A stretch of DNA of 32,485 nt, taken from NCBI GenBank assembly GCA_038893995.1, contig JAWAQK010000023.1:1-32485 (forward strand). The letters run 5' to 3'. Below are positions 1 through 8,773 of this stretch, in pieces. Position numbers and translations under genes: made by a program. Position 1 is the stretch's first letter. Each line of letters opens with the position of its first letter. The notes below the pieces were generated by a model. The model was given only the letters and a program-made list of their open reading frames with translations. It did no database searches and was not told the origin of the DNA. This DNA is from Candidatus Thorarchaeota archaeon. Lineage in GTDB: Archaea > Asgardarchaeota > Thorarchaeia > Thorarchaeales > Thorarchaeaceae.

Positions 1-34
1 CTCACTGCAAGGGATTGTGACTTCCATCACTGCC

Positions 35-1072
35 TTAGTGTCCCTCTCGGGAGGGAAAGTTAGACCTCTCGAATCCGAGCCTGGATAGGGCGGCGTTGAG
101 GACCTCACGGATGCCCACACCATCGGAGGCAACTGTCTTGAGGGCATCCGGCATGAGGGCCACTGCTCTATTCAATTGCTCCTCTGGAGTTATGTCGACC
201 TTGTTGAACACTACCACGATTGGAGTCAACGGAAAAGTTCTTCGTATCTCCGAGTACAGCTGAAGCTGCTCGCTGAGCTCCCAACCACAAGTTCCAGACG
301 GGTCCATCATGAATACTATCACATGAGCTAGGTACTTCAACGCTGCGATTGCCTTTCTCTCAATCTCGTTTCGATTTGCCATTGGTCTATCAAGAAGGCC
401 GGGTGTGTCGACAAACTGGACTATCTTGTTGTCCACTTCGAGATGCCCAACTATCACATCCCGTGTGGTAAAAGGATAGTAGGCGACCTCTGGCTCTGCA
501 GAACTCACGCTCTTCACCAATGTCGACTTGCCGACATTTGGGTATCCGGAGACTACAACAGTTGGCATCTCGGGACTAATGCTTGGGAGACGCGACAGTA
601 CCGCACGGGACTTGATGAGGACATCCAGATTGGAATCAGTTCCCCTGACGATCGATGATATTCGACCTTTGGCCGAGCTGCGCGTGCGTTTTAGCTGACG
701 ATAGTCAGCTGCAAGCTTCATGGCCTCAATATGTTTTCGAGATATTTCCTCAATCGGAGGAATACAGTTGTACACAGCACCCAGCGCACGTTTGAGATCA
801 TCAATGCCAACTAGCAGGTCAGCCATCTCATAGTAGAACGGATGAATGTGGTCAAGAGATGGAAAGCCCTCGACGGGTTCTTTGAGCTTTGTGCACACTT
901 GTCTTGTGAATTCCTGAAGCCTACCGATCTCACGAATCCTTGCCCTCTCTGTCCTGGGTAGTCTTAGGGAGCTCTTAGTACTGATCCTGGTTGACCTTCT
1001 GTGTGCGAATTCTATGATCTCTTCTGCTCTCATTATGTTGGGGACTGCGCGGAAAGGGTTCAGCCACTGCAC
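35..1072 (-). CDS. NOG1-family (Obg-like) GTP-binding protein, ribosome biogenesis
   Basis: N-terminal helical NOG1 region (FPSLDHIHPFYYEM), G1 GYPNVGKS, G2 YPFTT, G3 DTPGLLDRP, G4 NKVD. Confidence 0.93.
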   Translation of the reverse strand: MQWLNPFRAVPNIMRAEEIIEFAHRRSTRISTKSSLRLPRTERARIREIGRLQEFTRQVCTKLKEPVEGFPSLDHIHPFYYEMADLLVGIDDLKRALGAVYNCIPPIEEISRKHIEAMKLAADYRQLKRTRSSAKGRISSIVRGTDSNLDVLIKSRAVLSRLPSISPEMPTVVVSGYPNVGKSTLVKSVSSAEPEVAYYPFTTRDVIVGHLEVDNKIVQFVDTPGLLDRPMANRNEIERKAIAALKYLAHVIVFMMDPSGTCGWELSEQLQLYSEIRRTFPLTPIVVVFNKVDITPEEQLNRAVALMPDALKTVASDGVGIREVLNAALSRLGFERSNFPSREGH

Positions 1073-1127
1073 ATGAGATACTTCCTGACCATCGTTTCTC
1101 GGATGAGATCTGGTGTTAAGGTAAACG

Positions 1128-1136
1128 TTTTAAAAA
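1128..1136. promoter_or_regulatory. TATA-box-like element (TTTTAAAAA) in the divergent nog1/psmB intergenic region
   Basis: AT-rich near-palindrome about 55 bp from both start codons; could serve either strand. SD-like AGGAGGT at 1175-1181 before psmB. Confidence 0.55.
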
Positions 1137-1190
1137 GAACTTGAATGACCAAGTATGAATATCTGGTCCCCGCTAGGAGGTCAGGAATAG

Positions 1191-1784
1191 ATGGCGTTAC
1201 CGACCGGAGCAACAGTCGTAGGAATCCGTTGCACTGATGGAACTGTTGTTGCAACAGACTCATTGATCAGCTGGGGAACGTTGGTCCTTAGCGAGAAGGG
1301 AATAAAGGCATTCAAACTCACTGACAGGATCGTATTGGCCTCTGCGGGACTGACATCCGATTACCAGATGCTAGTAAACAGACTACGAGCGATGATAAAG
1401 ATCTATGAACTCACGCGGAAAAGGACCATCAGTGTCAAGGTAGTCGCCAATATGGTTTCAAATATGCTGTACTCGCTCAGATACACGCCGCTGTTCGTAC
1501 AGACAATAATCGTGGGTGTAGACTCGGAAGGGGCATCACTTTACACCCTTGACATGGGAGGATCTCTCATCCCAGACGACTTTGCCGCGGCTGGATCCGG
1601 TACACAGACCGCATATGGTGTCCTCGAACGTATGTACAGAGCGGACATTACAGTTCGAGAGGCAGAGGAGATAGCCATCGCTGCGGTGCGAGCTGGTGCT
1701 GCAAGGGACATCCAATCTGGAGGACCAATAAGGGTCATGAGTGTCACTGCCCAAGGAGTTGCTGAGAGAGTCATCGACAACTAG
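1191..1784 (+). CDS. psmB: Proteasome subunit beta, probably non-catalytic (Ala at the Thr1 position)
   Basis: Ntn-hydrolase pattern TGATVVGI...VVATDS...K...AGLTSD...GSG...RDIQSGG; SD upstream. Confidence 0.93.
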   Translation: MALPTGATVVGIRCTDGTVVATDSLISWGTLVLSEKGIKAFKLTDRIVLASAGLTSDYQMLVNRLRAMIKIYELTRKRTISVKVVANMVSNMLYSLRYTPLFVQTIIVGVDSEGASLYTLDMGGSLIPDDFAAAGSGTQTAYGVLERMYRADITVREAEEIAIAAVRAGAARDIQSGGPIRVMSVTAQGVAERVIDN

Positions 1785-1785
1785 T

Positions 1786-3081
1786 GTGAGTGGACCATTG
1801 ACTGACTGTAGGCTCTTGTTCCGGTTCCATCGACACTCAAGGTACAGTATTGCCGCTCTTGTTGGGGCAGTCGAGACAGACCCTCGATTGAGTGCCCTTC
1901 AGATAGAGCTACTATCAGAGAGTGGCAGTCATATTCTACGGCATGGCGATCCTGACGAAAGGGTCATTGCCGCGTTCTCCGTAATGAGTACACAGGTCGA
2001 CAGAGTGATAGCTGAGGCAAGAGCAATACGCAATGAGATGCAGGACCGAGTCATATTGGTGGCGGGAGGACCTCATGCAACAGCGAGACCAAGAGATCTT
2101 CTGGACTCATGCTTCGACTATGTGGTGATCGGTGAGGGAGAATACGCATTTCCTGAGCTCTTGTTACGGCTCATCGACGACAGGAATCCCCTGTCGATAC
2201 CCGGTGTGGTAGGCAAGGAAACTGAGACAATTCCCACACCAGCTAGTCTCCCCCGGATCAACCTGGATGAGTATCCACCTTTCGCCCTGGAGAAAAACGT
2301 TCTCGGGCCGGTAGAGGTAACAAGAGGTTGTGCGTTCAGGTGCAAGTTCTGTGCCACACCATTTCTGACAGGAGGAGTTGTCAGACACAGGTCTGTCGAA
2401 TGCGTGGCAAAATGGCTTCGTCAGGCGGTTGAGAGGCGTGGTTTCAGACGGACATGGTTTCTCTCACCCAATGCGCTATGTTACGGTGGAAGGGGCCATG
2501 GACCAGCACTGGGCAAGCTAGAACGACTTCTCGACCAAGTTTCAAGGGTTGGTATCGAGCAGGTATTCTTTGGCACCTTTCCGTCCGAGGTCAGACCGGA
2601 CTTTGTGACGAGGGACTCACTGGAAATCATGCGTCAGTATGTGGCAAATGAATCGCTACAGATAGGGATCCAGTCAGGTAGTGACAGGGTCCTGGATCTA
2701 GTGAACCGTCACCACACCGTAGATCAGGGTTTGGATGCAGTCCGTCTGGCACTCGACTTTGGATTCAGACCACACGTGGACATGATATTTGGGTTGCCAG
2801 GGGAGGGACCCCAAGACCTGAAACGGACCCTTGACATCTGTCACGAGCTTGTCGAGATGGGGGCGAAATTACATGGACATGTGTTCATGCCACTCCCGGG
2901 CAGTGAGTTCGAGAACTCTTTGCCGATGGCGCTGGACTCTGAGACCAGACAGGAACTCGGAGAATTGACCAGGAAGGGGCATATGACTGGAGCATGGGCG
3001 AACCAAGAAATACTTGGTAAGTCGATGGCACGTGCCAGGAACGATGCTGAAGGGTCAATGCCAAAGACTGATATGTGGTGA
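1786..3081 (+). CDS. B12-binding domain / radical SAM protein (TIGR04013-like)
   Basis: AGGPHAT and VIGEGE cobalamin-domain motifs, EVTRGCAFRCKFC (CxxxCxxC), GIQSGSDRVL, IFGLPGE. Start moved to GTG 1786 (just after the psmB stop); TTG 1798 is also possible. Confidence 0.85.
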   Translation: MSGPLTDCRLLFRFHRHSRYSIAALVGAVETDPRLSALQIELLSESGSHILRHGDPDERVIAAFSVMSTQVDRVIAEARAIRNEMQDRVILVAGGPHATARPRDLLDSCFDYVVIGEGEYAFPELLLRLIDDRNPLSIPGVVGKETETIPTPASLPRINLDEYPPFALEKNVLGPVEVTRGCAFRCKFCATPFLTGGVVRHRSVECVAKWLRQAVERRGFRRTWFLSPNALCYGGRGHGPALGKLERLLDQVSRVGIEQVFFGTFPSEVRPDFVTRDSLEIMRQYVANESLQIGIQSGSDRVLDLVNRHHTVDQGLDAVRLALDFGFRPHVDMIFGLPGEGPQDLKRTLDICHELVEMGAKLHGHVFMPLPGSEFENSLPMALDSETRQELGELTRKGHMTGAWANQEILGKSMARARNDAEGSMPKTDMW

Positions 3082-3096
3082 CCTGATTGGGGAAAT

Positions 3097-4047
3097 GTGA
3101 TGCACCATCGGCTGAGACAGGCACTTGAGGATCAGGGGTATCACATCTTGGAAGGGAGAGGTGCCTTCAAGGCCTGCCAATGGCAACATAAGAGCCTCCT
3201 CAAAGAGGGATATTGCTACAAACAGAGGTTCTACGGGATTCAGTCACATCGCTGCGTTCAGATGACTCCAATAGTGGACTCCTGTACCCATGAGTGCAGC
3301 TTCTGTTGGCGCACCTTACTGAGCGACGTAGGCGTGAGACCAGATCATCAAGATCAAGAGACCTCACCGAGCCCCAGAAGTCTTCTGGATGCCGTGATGA
3401 TGGCAAATCTCAGGTCACTTGGCGGCTACAATCCCGAAGTTGACAATAGGGTTGATCCAATCATGTACCAAGAGGCCCGCAACCCAAGACACGTGGCAAT
3501 CTCACTTGCCGGAGAACCTACACTTTATCCTCAACTGAGTGAGTTGATAGCAGAGATCGCTCGCAGGGGGATGACCTCATTCCTTGTGACCAATGGTACG
3601 CGACCCAACATACTTCAGGAAATAGTACCTCCAACTCAGCTCTATATCACCATACCTGCGCCAAACAGGGATGTTTACTTGAAACTGTGTCGACCACTAA
3701 TAGAAGATGGGTGGGAGCGACTGATGCAATCTCAGCAGTTGCTCCAAACAATGAAGTGTAGGACAGCGAACAGACTTACAATGGTCATGAATGGGAACAT
3801 GATCGATCCTCGTGCCTATGCCGAAACTATCTTGATGGGCGAGCCAGACTTCATAGAGGTCAAGGGATACATGTTCCTTGGTGCATCCACGAAAAGACTC
3901 ACATCTTCCAATGTTCCATCTCATCGTGAGATAAGGGCCTTTGCAGACAAGATATCAAGTTTCACTGGATACTACGTTCAGGACGAACAGGTTGAGAGCA
4001 GAGTAGTATTGTTGTCGCGAGACAAGACACCAGACAAGTTAGGATGA
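3097..4047 (+). CDS. taw1: 4-demethylwyosine synthase Taw1/TYW1 (radical SAM, tRNA-Phe wyosine pathway)
   Basis: CQW...CYKQRFYGIQSHRCVQMTP, CTHECSFCWR, HVAISLAGEPTLYP, FLVTNGT, PDFIEVKGY. Confidence 0.93.
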   Translation: MMHHRLRQALEDQGYHILEGRGAFKACQWQHKSLLKEGYCYKQRFYGIQSHRCVQMTPIVDSCTHECSFCWRTLLSDVGVRPDHQDQETSPSPRSLLDAVMMANLRSLGGYNPEVDNRVDPIMYQEARNPRHVAISLAGEPTLYPQLSELIAEIARRGMTSFLVTNGTRPNILQEIVPPTQLYITIPAPNRDVYLKLCRPLIEDGWERLMQSQQLLQTMKCRTANRLTMVMNGNMIDPRAYAETILMGEPDFIEVKGYMFLGASTKRLTSSNVPSHREIRAFADKISSFTGYYVQDEQVESRVVLLSRDKTPDKLG

Positions 4048-4054
4048 TGATGTA

Positions 4055-4684
4055 ATGACAGATCGATCAGGAATCTCGGAGATGCTGAGGACCCTTAGGG
4101 CTGAGATCGAGAGGGACGACAGGATACGGGAGGAAGTGCTACCGCTCACCCGTGAAGTGGTCAGACTATGCGCACTCTCGGTGAAAGAAACGCACCGGGG
4201 ACATTATGACCAGTCTGAGGAACTGCTAAGAAATGCAAAGCAGACGATGGAGGAGGCAAGTACTTGCGTCTCTCGGAGCGAGTATGTGTCGAGAGCTAGG
4301 CTCCTAGACGCAGCATACCAGGAGCTGTCCGAGGCCTGCAATCTGATATCGCTGATGAAGGGAGAGGGTCTAGTCCGCCCCGAGGAATATCGGATACCCA
4401 CGAGGCCCTATCTTAATGGTATCGCAGATTGCATCGGAGAACTTAGGAGAGCTGCACTTGACTGTCTACGTAACGGAAAGATCAGCAGAGGGGAGGAGAT
4501 CTTATCCATCATGGAGGACCTCTTCGACGAATTGAATACCTTTGACTTCCCAAGTGCGCTGGTACCTGAACTAAGGAGAAAGTGTGATGTTGCAAGAGGT
4601 CTTATAGAGAGGACCCGAGGTGAAGTCACACTTGCAGTACTTCAAGAAAAACTGGCGGAGGATATTCGAGGATGCAAGAGATGA
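4055..4684 (+). CDS. Translin/TRAX-family protein
   Basis: All-helical; AYQELSEA and YLNGIADCIGELRR motifs, C-terminal LRRKCDVAR. Confidence 0.85.
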   Translation: MTDRSGISEMLRTLRAEIERDDRIREEVLPLTREVVRLCALSVKETHRGHYDQSEELLRNAKQTMEEASTCVSRSEYVSRARLLDAAYQELSEACNLISLMKGEGLVRPEEYRIPTRPYLNGIADCIGELRRAALDCLRNGKISRGEEILSIMEDLFDELNTFDFPSALVPELRRKCDVARGLIERTRGEVTLAVLQEKLAEDIRGCKR

Positions 4685-5400
4685 GTGATTCAACAGGGGA
4701 CACGTCGAGCACACATAGAGTTGTCAGGCCAGAACTGTGGTTTGTACTATATGAGCTCGCCGCACGGGGTGCAATCCATAGGAAGTGCTCCATCACGACT
4801 AGCGAACTGGGCAGTCTCCTGGGAGTCAGTCAGCAGACGGCGTCAAAGAGACTACTCCATTGCGAAACGGAAGGACTTATCACCAGGGCCCATTCGGCCG
4901 CCGGTATGTCAATACAGCTGACCGAGAAGGGACAGAGAGAACTACAGAGAGTGTTGAGAGGACTTGAGATAGCATTCACCCCGGCTAGACAGGATGTAGT
5001 GATCGAGGGAGTGGTGGTTTCTGGCATCGGGGAAGGGGCATACTACGTTGAAGTGTACTCCAGCAGATTCGAGAAGGCACTGGGATTTCGGCCATTTCCC
5101 GGAACTCTCAATGTCAGGGCAACGGACAAGGAGGCCCGTGCGCAGATACAGATGATGAAGGCCATGCCACCATTGGTCGTGGCTGGCTTCACACATGAGG
5201 GACGGACATTCGGCGATGTGGTCTGTTATAGGGTCAAGATCAACGATACTGTGGATGGTGCTGTCGTCGTAGCTCAGAGGACCCATCACGGAGAAGACAT
5301 ACTGGAGATCATTGCGCCAGTGAAACTGCGTGATCACCTGGACCTGAAGGACCGATCTCCCCTGAAGCTGACCGTGATTCCTCTACACTGTGCCGCGTGA
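4681..5400 (+). CDS. ribK: CTP-dependent riboflavin kinase with N-terminal winged-HTH (RbkR-type)
   Basis: HTH TSELGSLLGVSQQTASKRL; kinase motifs GVVVSGIGEGAYY, PFPGTLN, RTHH, LEIIAPVKLR. ATGA overlap with the translin stop supports start 4681. Confidence 0.9.
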   Translation: MSDSTGDTSSTHRVVRPELWFVLYELAARGAIHRKCSITTSELGSLLGVSQQTASKRLLHCETEGLITRAHSAAGMSIQLTEKGQRELQRVLRGLEIAFTPARQDVVIEGVVVSGIGEGAYYVEVYSSRFEKALGFRPFPGTLNVRATDKEARAQIQMMKAMPPLVVAGFTHEGRTFGDVVCYRVKINDTVDGAVVVAQRTHHGEDILEIIAPVKLRDHLDLKDRSPLKLTVIPLHCAA

Positions 5401-6102
5401 TAGATGGCCATACCGTCCGGTAAGCGGAACAAAGGCAACCCCACCATAGTTCCGTTTCCTTATCCGACCCGTTTCATCCTTCTCAATCACAAACAACTCT
5501 TGGAAGAAGCTTCGACTGCCCAAAGGAATGGACATTAGGCCCCCATTCTTGAGCTGGTCTAGCAGTGGGGGAGGAATTGAGGGAGCAGCAGCCGTGACGA
5601 GGATCCTGTCAAATGGTGCCTTGTCAGGCAGTCCCTCTCCTCCATCGCCGTGTATCACCGAGACCCGGTCACTGTAACCAGTACGCCTGATATTGTCGAG
5701 TGCAAAGTCGACAAGCGGCCTGTGAATCTCGACCGTATACACATGGCCCGGGTTGAGTGAACCCTCAGGAGCAACTATCTCGGCACACAGAGCGGAGTGA
5801 TATCCTGAGCCCGCACCAATTTCCAAGACAGTCAGGCCCTCAGTCAATCGGAGGGACTCACACATTATGACACACATGTGAGGAGCCGATATTGTCTGGC
5901 CCTCCAGAATTGGTAGTGGAGTGTCTCTGTAGGCGCTGTTCCGCAGCTCCTCAAGTACAAACTCCTCCCTCGGGACCTTTCTTAGTGCACGCTCAACATT
6001 TTCACTCTGCAGATAGCCGCCTGCCTTGAGCCGCTGTATCAGCCATTCCTTCTCCTGCTCAAGACGGGCACTACGCATCTTGGTTTGTCCTAGTTCAGTC
6101 AC
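5383..6102 (-). CDS. pcm: Protein-L-isoaspartate(D-aspartate) O-methyltransferase
   Basis: VPREEF, AYRDTPLPI, GQTISAPHM, VLEIGAGSGY, APFDRILVTAA, VAFVPL. Confidence 0.95.
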   Translation of the reverse strand: MTELGQTKMRSARLEQEKEWLIQRLKAGGYLQSENVERALRKVPREEFVLEELRNSAYRDTPLPILEGQTISAPHMCVIMCESLRLTEGLTVLEIGAGSGYHSALCAEIVAPEGSLNPGHVYTVEIHRPLVDFALDNIRRTGYSDRVSVIHGDGGEGLPDKAPFDRILVTAAAPSIPPPLLDQLKNGGLMSIPLGSRSFFQELFVIEKDETGRIRKRNYGGVAFVPLTGRYGHLSRGTV

Positions 6103-6134
6103 GCTGATAAAATCATCGAGCGAGAAAGACTTCC

Positions 6135-6560
6135 ATGCGTTCGGTCAGCTTTCAGGCCTTTGGACATCCGAATATACTCTCAAATCACAAGAGGACCATG
6201 GAGATAACCAAGGAGGACGACCTCACAAGGCGAGGTAACTGCATCGTTGCAGTCAAATCGACACTTTCACTCGCGGACCTCGATAATGAGATACGAGAGA
6301 TTGCAAGGAACTCGCAGACAGTGATCAAGCTGACCATGCGGGTCGGAGGACTTATCGAGGAGGTCGTAGGTAGAGGTGATCCAGCACTGACCTACAGCAA
6401 TCCGGTGAGCATGGTCGTGAGGAAGAGCTCATTCACGTGTGGGCGTACACTCATGATCAACGCTGACAAGTCCGCCTCCGAACTGGATCGTGAGTTTGTT
6501 GAGCAGCTTCGGTCGAGGGACACTGTGGTCAGATGCACACTCACATTTGTCAACCCATGA
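6135..6560 (+). CDS. DUF371-family protein
   Basis: GHPNI..HKRTMEITKE..LT.RGNCI, RKSSF...RTL.INADKSA pattern of this archaeal family. Confidence 0.85.
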   Translation: MRSVSFQAFGHPNILSNHKRTMEITKEDDLTRRGNCIVAVKSTLSLADLDNEIREIARNSQTVIKLTMRVGGLIEEVVGRGDPALTYSNPVSMVVRKSSFTCGRTLMINADKSASELDREFVEQLRSRDTVVRCTLTFVNP

Positions 6561-7605
6561 CTATGTCTGCAACCATCTGGTATTCAAAGGGTGCGCTGTC
6601 GCGAACACGTCTTATCAGTCTAATGTCATGGATAGGTCGCCCAAACTTCTCAGTCAGAAACTCTACCCGCTCTCGAAACGAATCCTCAGGATTGGGACCA
6701 CTAGAAAAATCATAGTAGTGAATCACACCACCGGGGGCCACTGCATCACAGGCAAGTGAGATGAATTGTGAAGCACCTTTCGGGTGATTCATTATTACCC
6801 GGTCCGCATTCATATGGAAGTTTGAAGGGACATACTCACCGGCATCAGCAACGACAGGAACTATCTGACCGACAAGTCGATTCAGACCAATGCTCTTCTT
6901 GAGGAGGTCTATCGCACTCTCATTGATGTCGATGGCATATACCCGCGCATCCTTCTGAGTGGCAATGTGAAGCGCAAAGGGGCCAACGCCCGTGAACATG
7001 TCGATCACAGTCTCTCCAGGGGAAACTAGAGACGCAACACGATGGTGTTCCTCCAGAAGCCTGGGACTGAAGTAGGCTCTTGCAAGGTCTACTACAATTC
7101 TGCATCCATACTCTGTATGGATAGTCTCGGTCTTATCGACCCCGGCCAGCAGACGATACTCTCGAGTCCGGGTCAATCCAGAGACTGGACCATCCTTGGC
7201 CAGTACAGTTGTGAAATTCGGGTGTACAGACAGGAACGCCTCTCCAATCGCTCGTTCATGTACAATGAGTTCGTGTGGGATTTCGAGAACCGCGATGTCG
7301 CCTACCAGATCATAGGATCTGGGCAAGAGCTGCATCTGATCGTCGGTGAGTACGTTCTTCAGCGCCATCTGGAGAGTCGCAGGCCTAGATCGTGCCGGTT
7401 GGAACTCAGCCTCGCAGAATTGGAACGGCACATTTGAAACCAACTTCATGACCTCATCATTTTGAGTGTCTTGTTTGAGTGGAAGAAGGAGGACATCACC
7501 CTCTGTCCTTATCTTGAAACTGGTATCCAGCAGGTCGTGGGCCTGCAGTCTTCTCTTGATGTCATTTCCCATCTTGAGAGAGACTCTCAAACAGGGGCGC
7601 CTCAA
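6550..7605 (-). CDS. trm5: Trm5-family tRNA (guanine37-N1)-methyltransferase (Met-10+ like)
   Basis: N-terminal D1 domain, SYDLVGDIAV, AYFSPRL, DMFTGVGPF, AIDIN, RVIMNHP; SD GGAGGTGA at 7613-7620. Confidence 0.88.
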   Translation of the reverse strand: MRRPCLRVSLKMGNDIKRRLQAHDLLDTSFKIRTEGDVLLLPLKQDTQNDEVMKLVSNVPFQFCEAEFQPARSRPATLQMALKNVLTDDQMQLLPRSYDLVGDIAVLEIPHELIVHERAIGEAFLSVHPNFTTVLAKDGPVSGLTRTREYRLLAGVDKTETIHTEYGCRIVVDLARAYFSPRLLEEHHRVASLVSPGETVIDMFTGVGPFALHIATQKDARVYAIDINESAIDLLKKSIGLNRLVGQIVPVVADAGEYVPSNFHMNADRVIMNHPKGASQFISLACDAVAPGGVIHYYDFSSGPNPEDSFRERVEFLTEKFGRPIHDIRLIRRVRDSAPFEYQMVADIVMG

Positions 7606-7621
7606 TTGTATGTCACCTCCT

Positions 7622-8713
7622 TCAGATGGCTACACGGAGTATCCTGATGCCTTCTTTGCCCACACCACTCTTAGTACCAACCATTATCTGATGAAACTTC
7701 ACAAGGTGATCGTTTGGATCGATGACGGACTGTAGGGACCCTGTCACTTCAACGATGTCACCAGAGCGCAGCAGTCCCTTGAAGGCGCCCTCATATATCA
7801 TCAGACGCTCAACTCGGTGTGGACCACGTGCCCCATCTCCTGCCCCAATGCAGCTGTATATGGATGGAGTGAAGAGCCCATAAGTGTCGTCTACTATCTC
7901 GAGCCTTAGGGTAACAGGGCTATCAGATATGGTTCTGTAGTACTCCGACCCATGTACTATTGGGGCCTCGTCTGGGTATAGTACAGGAGTGATACCAACG
8001 GACGTACCTCTGTGGAACACCAGTCTCCGCCGCTCGCTGAGCATTGCAATGTCTGCATCGGTCATTGATGACACACCAGAGGTCAGTGCCTTAATCTTTC
8101 TCATCCATGACTCGTGCCCGACTCTGTGAACATCTTGGGGATCCATGAGCGAATCGATATTCTCATGAAGAAGGTGTGATGCTTGGAGACCGTAGACATT
8201 CATGTTGAGATCGGACCGGCAGGGATCATGGGCTCTCCAGAGAACACTACCCGCCACCCCAAGCTGCTCAGGACCTATCCCAATTCTCTCGGTGACAAGT
8301 ACCGACAGGGACTGGGCCATCGATTCCAATCGGTCCCGTGGACCGTATTCCAGTATCTCCCTCAAGCGTGCTTCGGGGGAGAAGTAATTCAGAACGTGTT
8401 CTCTGGGAACTTCCAGTAGCTCGGTTCCAAAATGGGAGTCATGTACGACAAGGTCAGGAGGTAATTCGCTTAGAGACTCCTTTATCCATCCGACATCGCC
8501 CCAGAACACTCTTCTGTACCTGACTCCATTCGAAACCCACGCACCCGACTCATCAGGGACATACTTGAGGAAACAAAGGATCTTATCGCGTGGCTGAATG
8601 CTACCCAGTACAACGTACACGCGACCATTGAAGTCCTGGATCACGTCACGATCCCGGACCCCATCTGGCAATGGCAACCCTGCAACTGTTCGGGACCGTG
8701 CACCCTGTGACAA
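7622..8713 (-). CDS. Predicted nucleotidyltransferase-fold protein (COG1665-like)
   Basis: VRDRD, FLKYVP, GVAGS...SDLNMNVYG (GS/DxD-like), C-terminal OB-like region GDIVEVTG. Confidence 0.7.
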   Translation of the reverse strand: MSQGARSRTVAGLPLPDGVRDRDVIQDFNGRVYVVLGSIQPRDKILCFLKYVPDESGAWVSNGVRYRRVFWGDVGWIKESLSELPPDLVVHDSHFGTELLEVPREHVLNYFSPEARLREILEYGPRDRLESMAQSLSVLVTERIGIGPEQLGVAGSVLWRAHDPCRSDLNMNVYGLQASHLLHENIDSLMDPQDVHRVGHESWMRKIKALTSGVSSMTDADIAMLSERRRLVFHRGTSVGITPVLYPDEAPIVHGSEYYRTISDSPVTLRLEIVDDTYGLFTPSIYSCIGAGDGARGPHRVERLMIYEGAFKGLLRSGDIVEVTGSLQSVIDPNDHLVKFHQIMVGTKSGVGKEGIRILRVAI

Positions 8714-8773
8714 CTATCACACCTCAGAAAGCTAGATATCGAGCGCAGGTCAATGTAAGGAGTCGGCCCGAGA

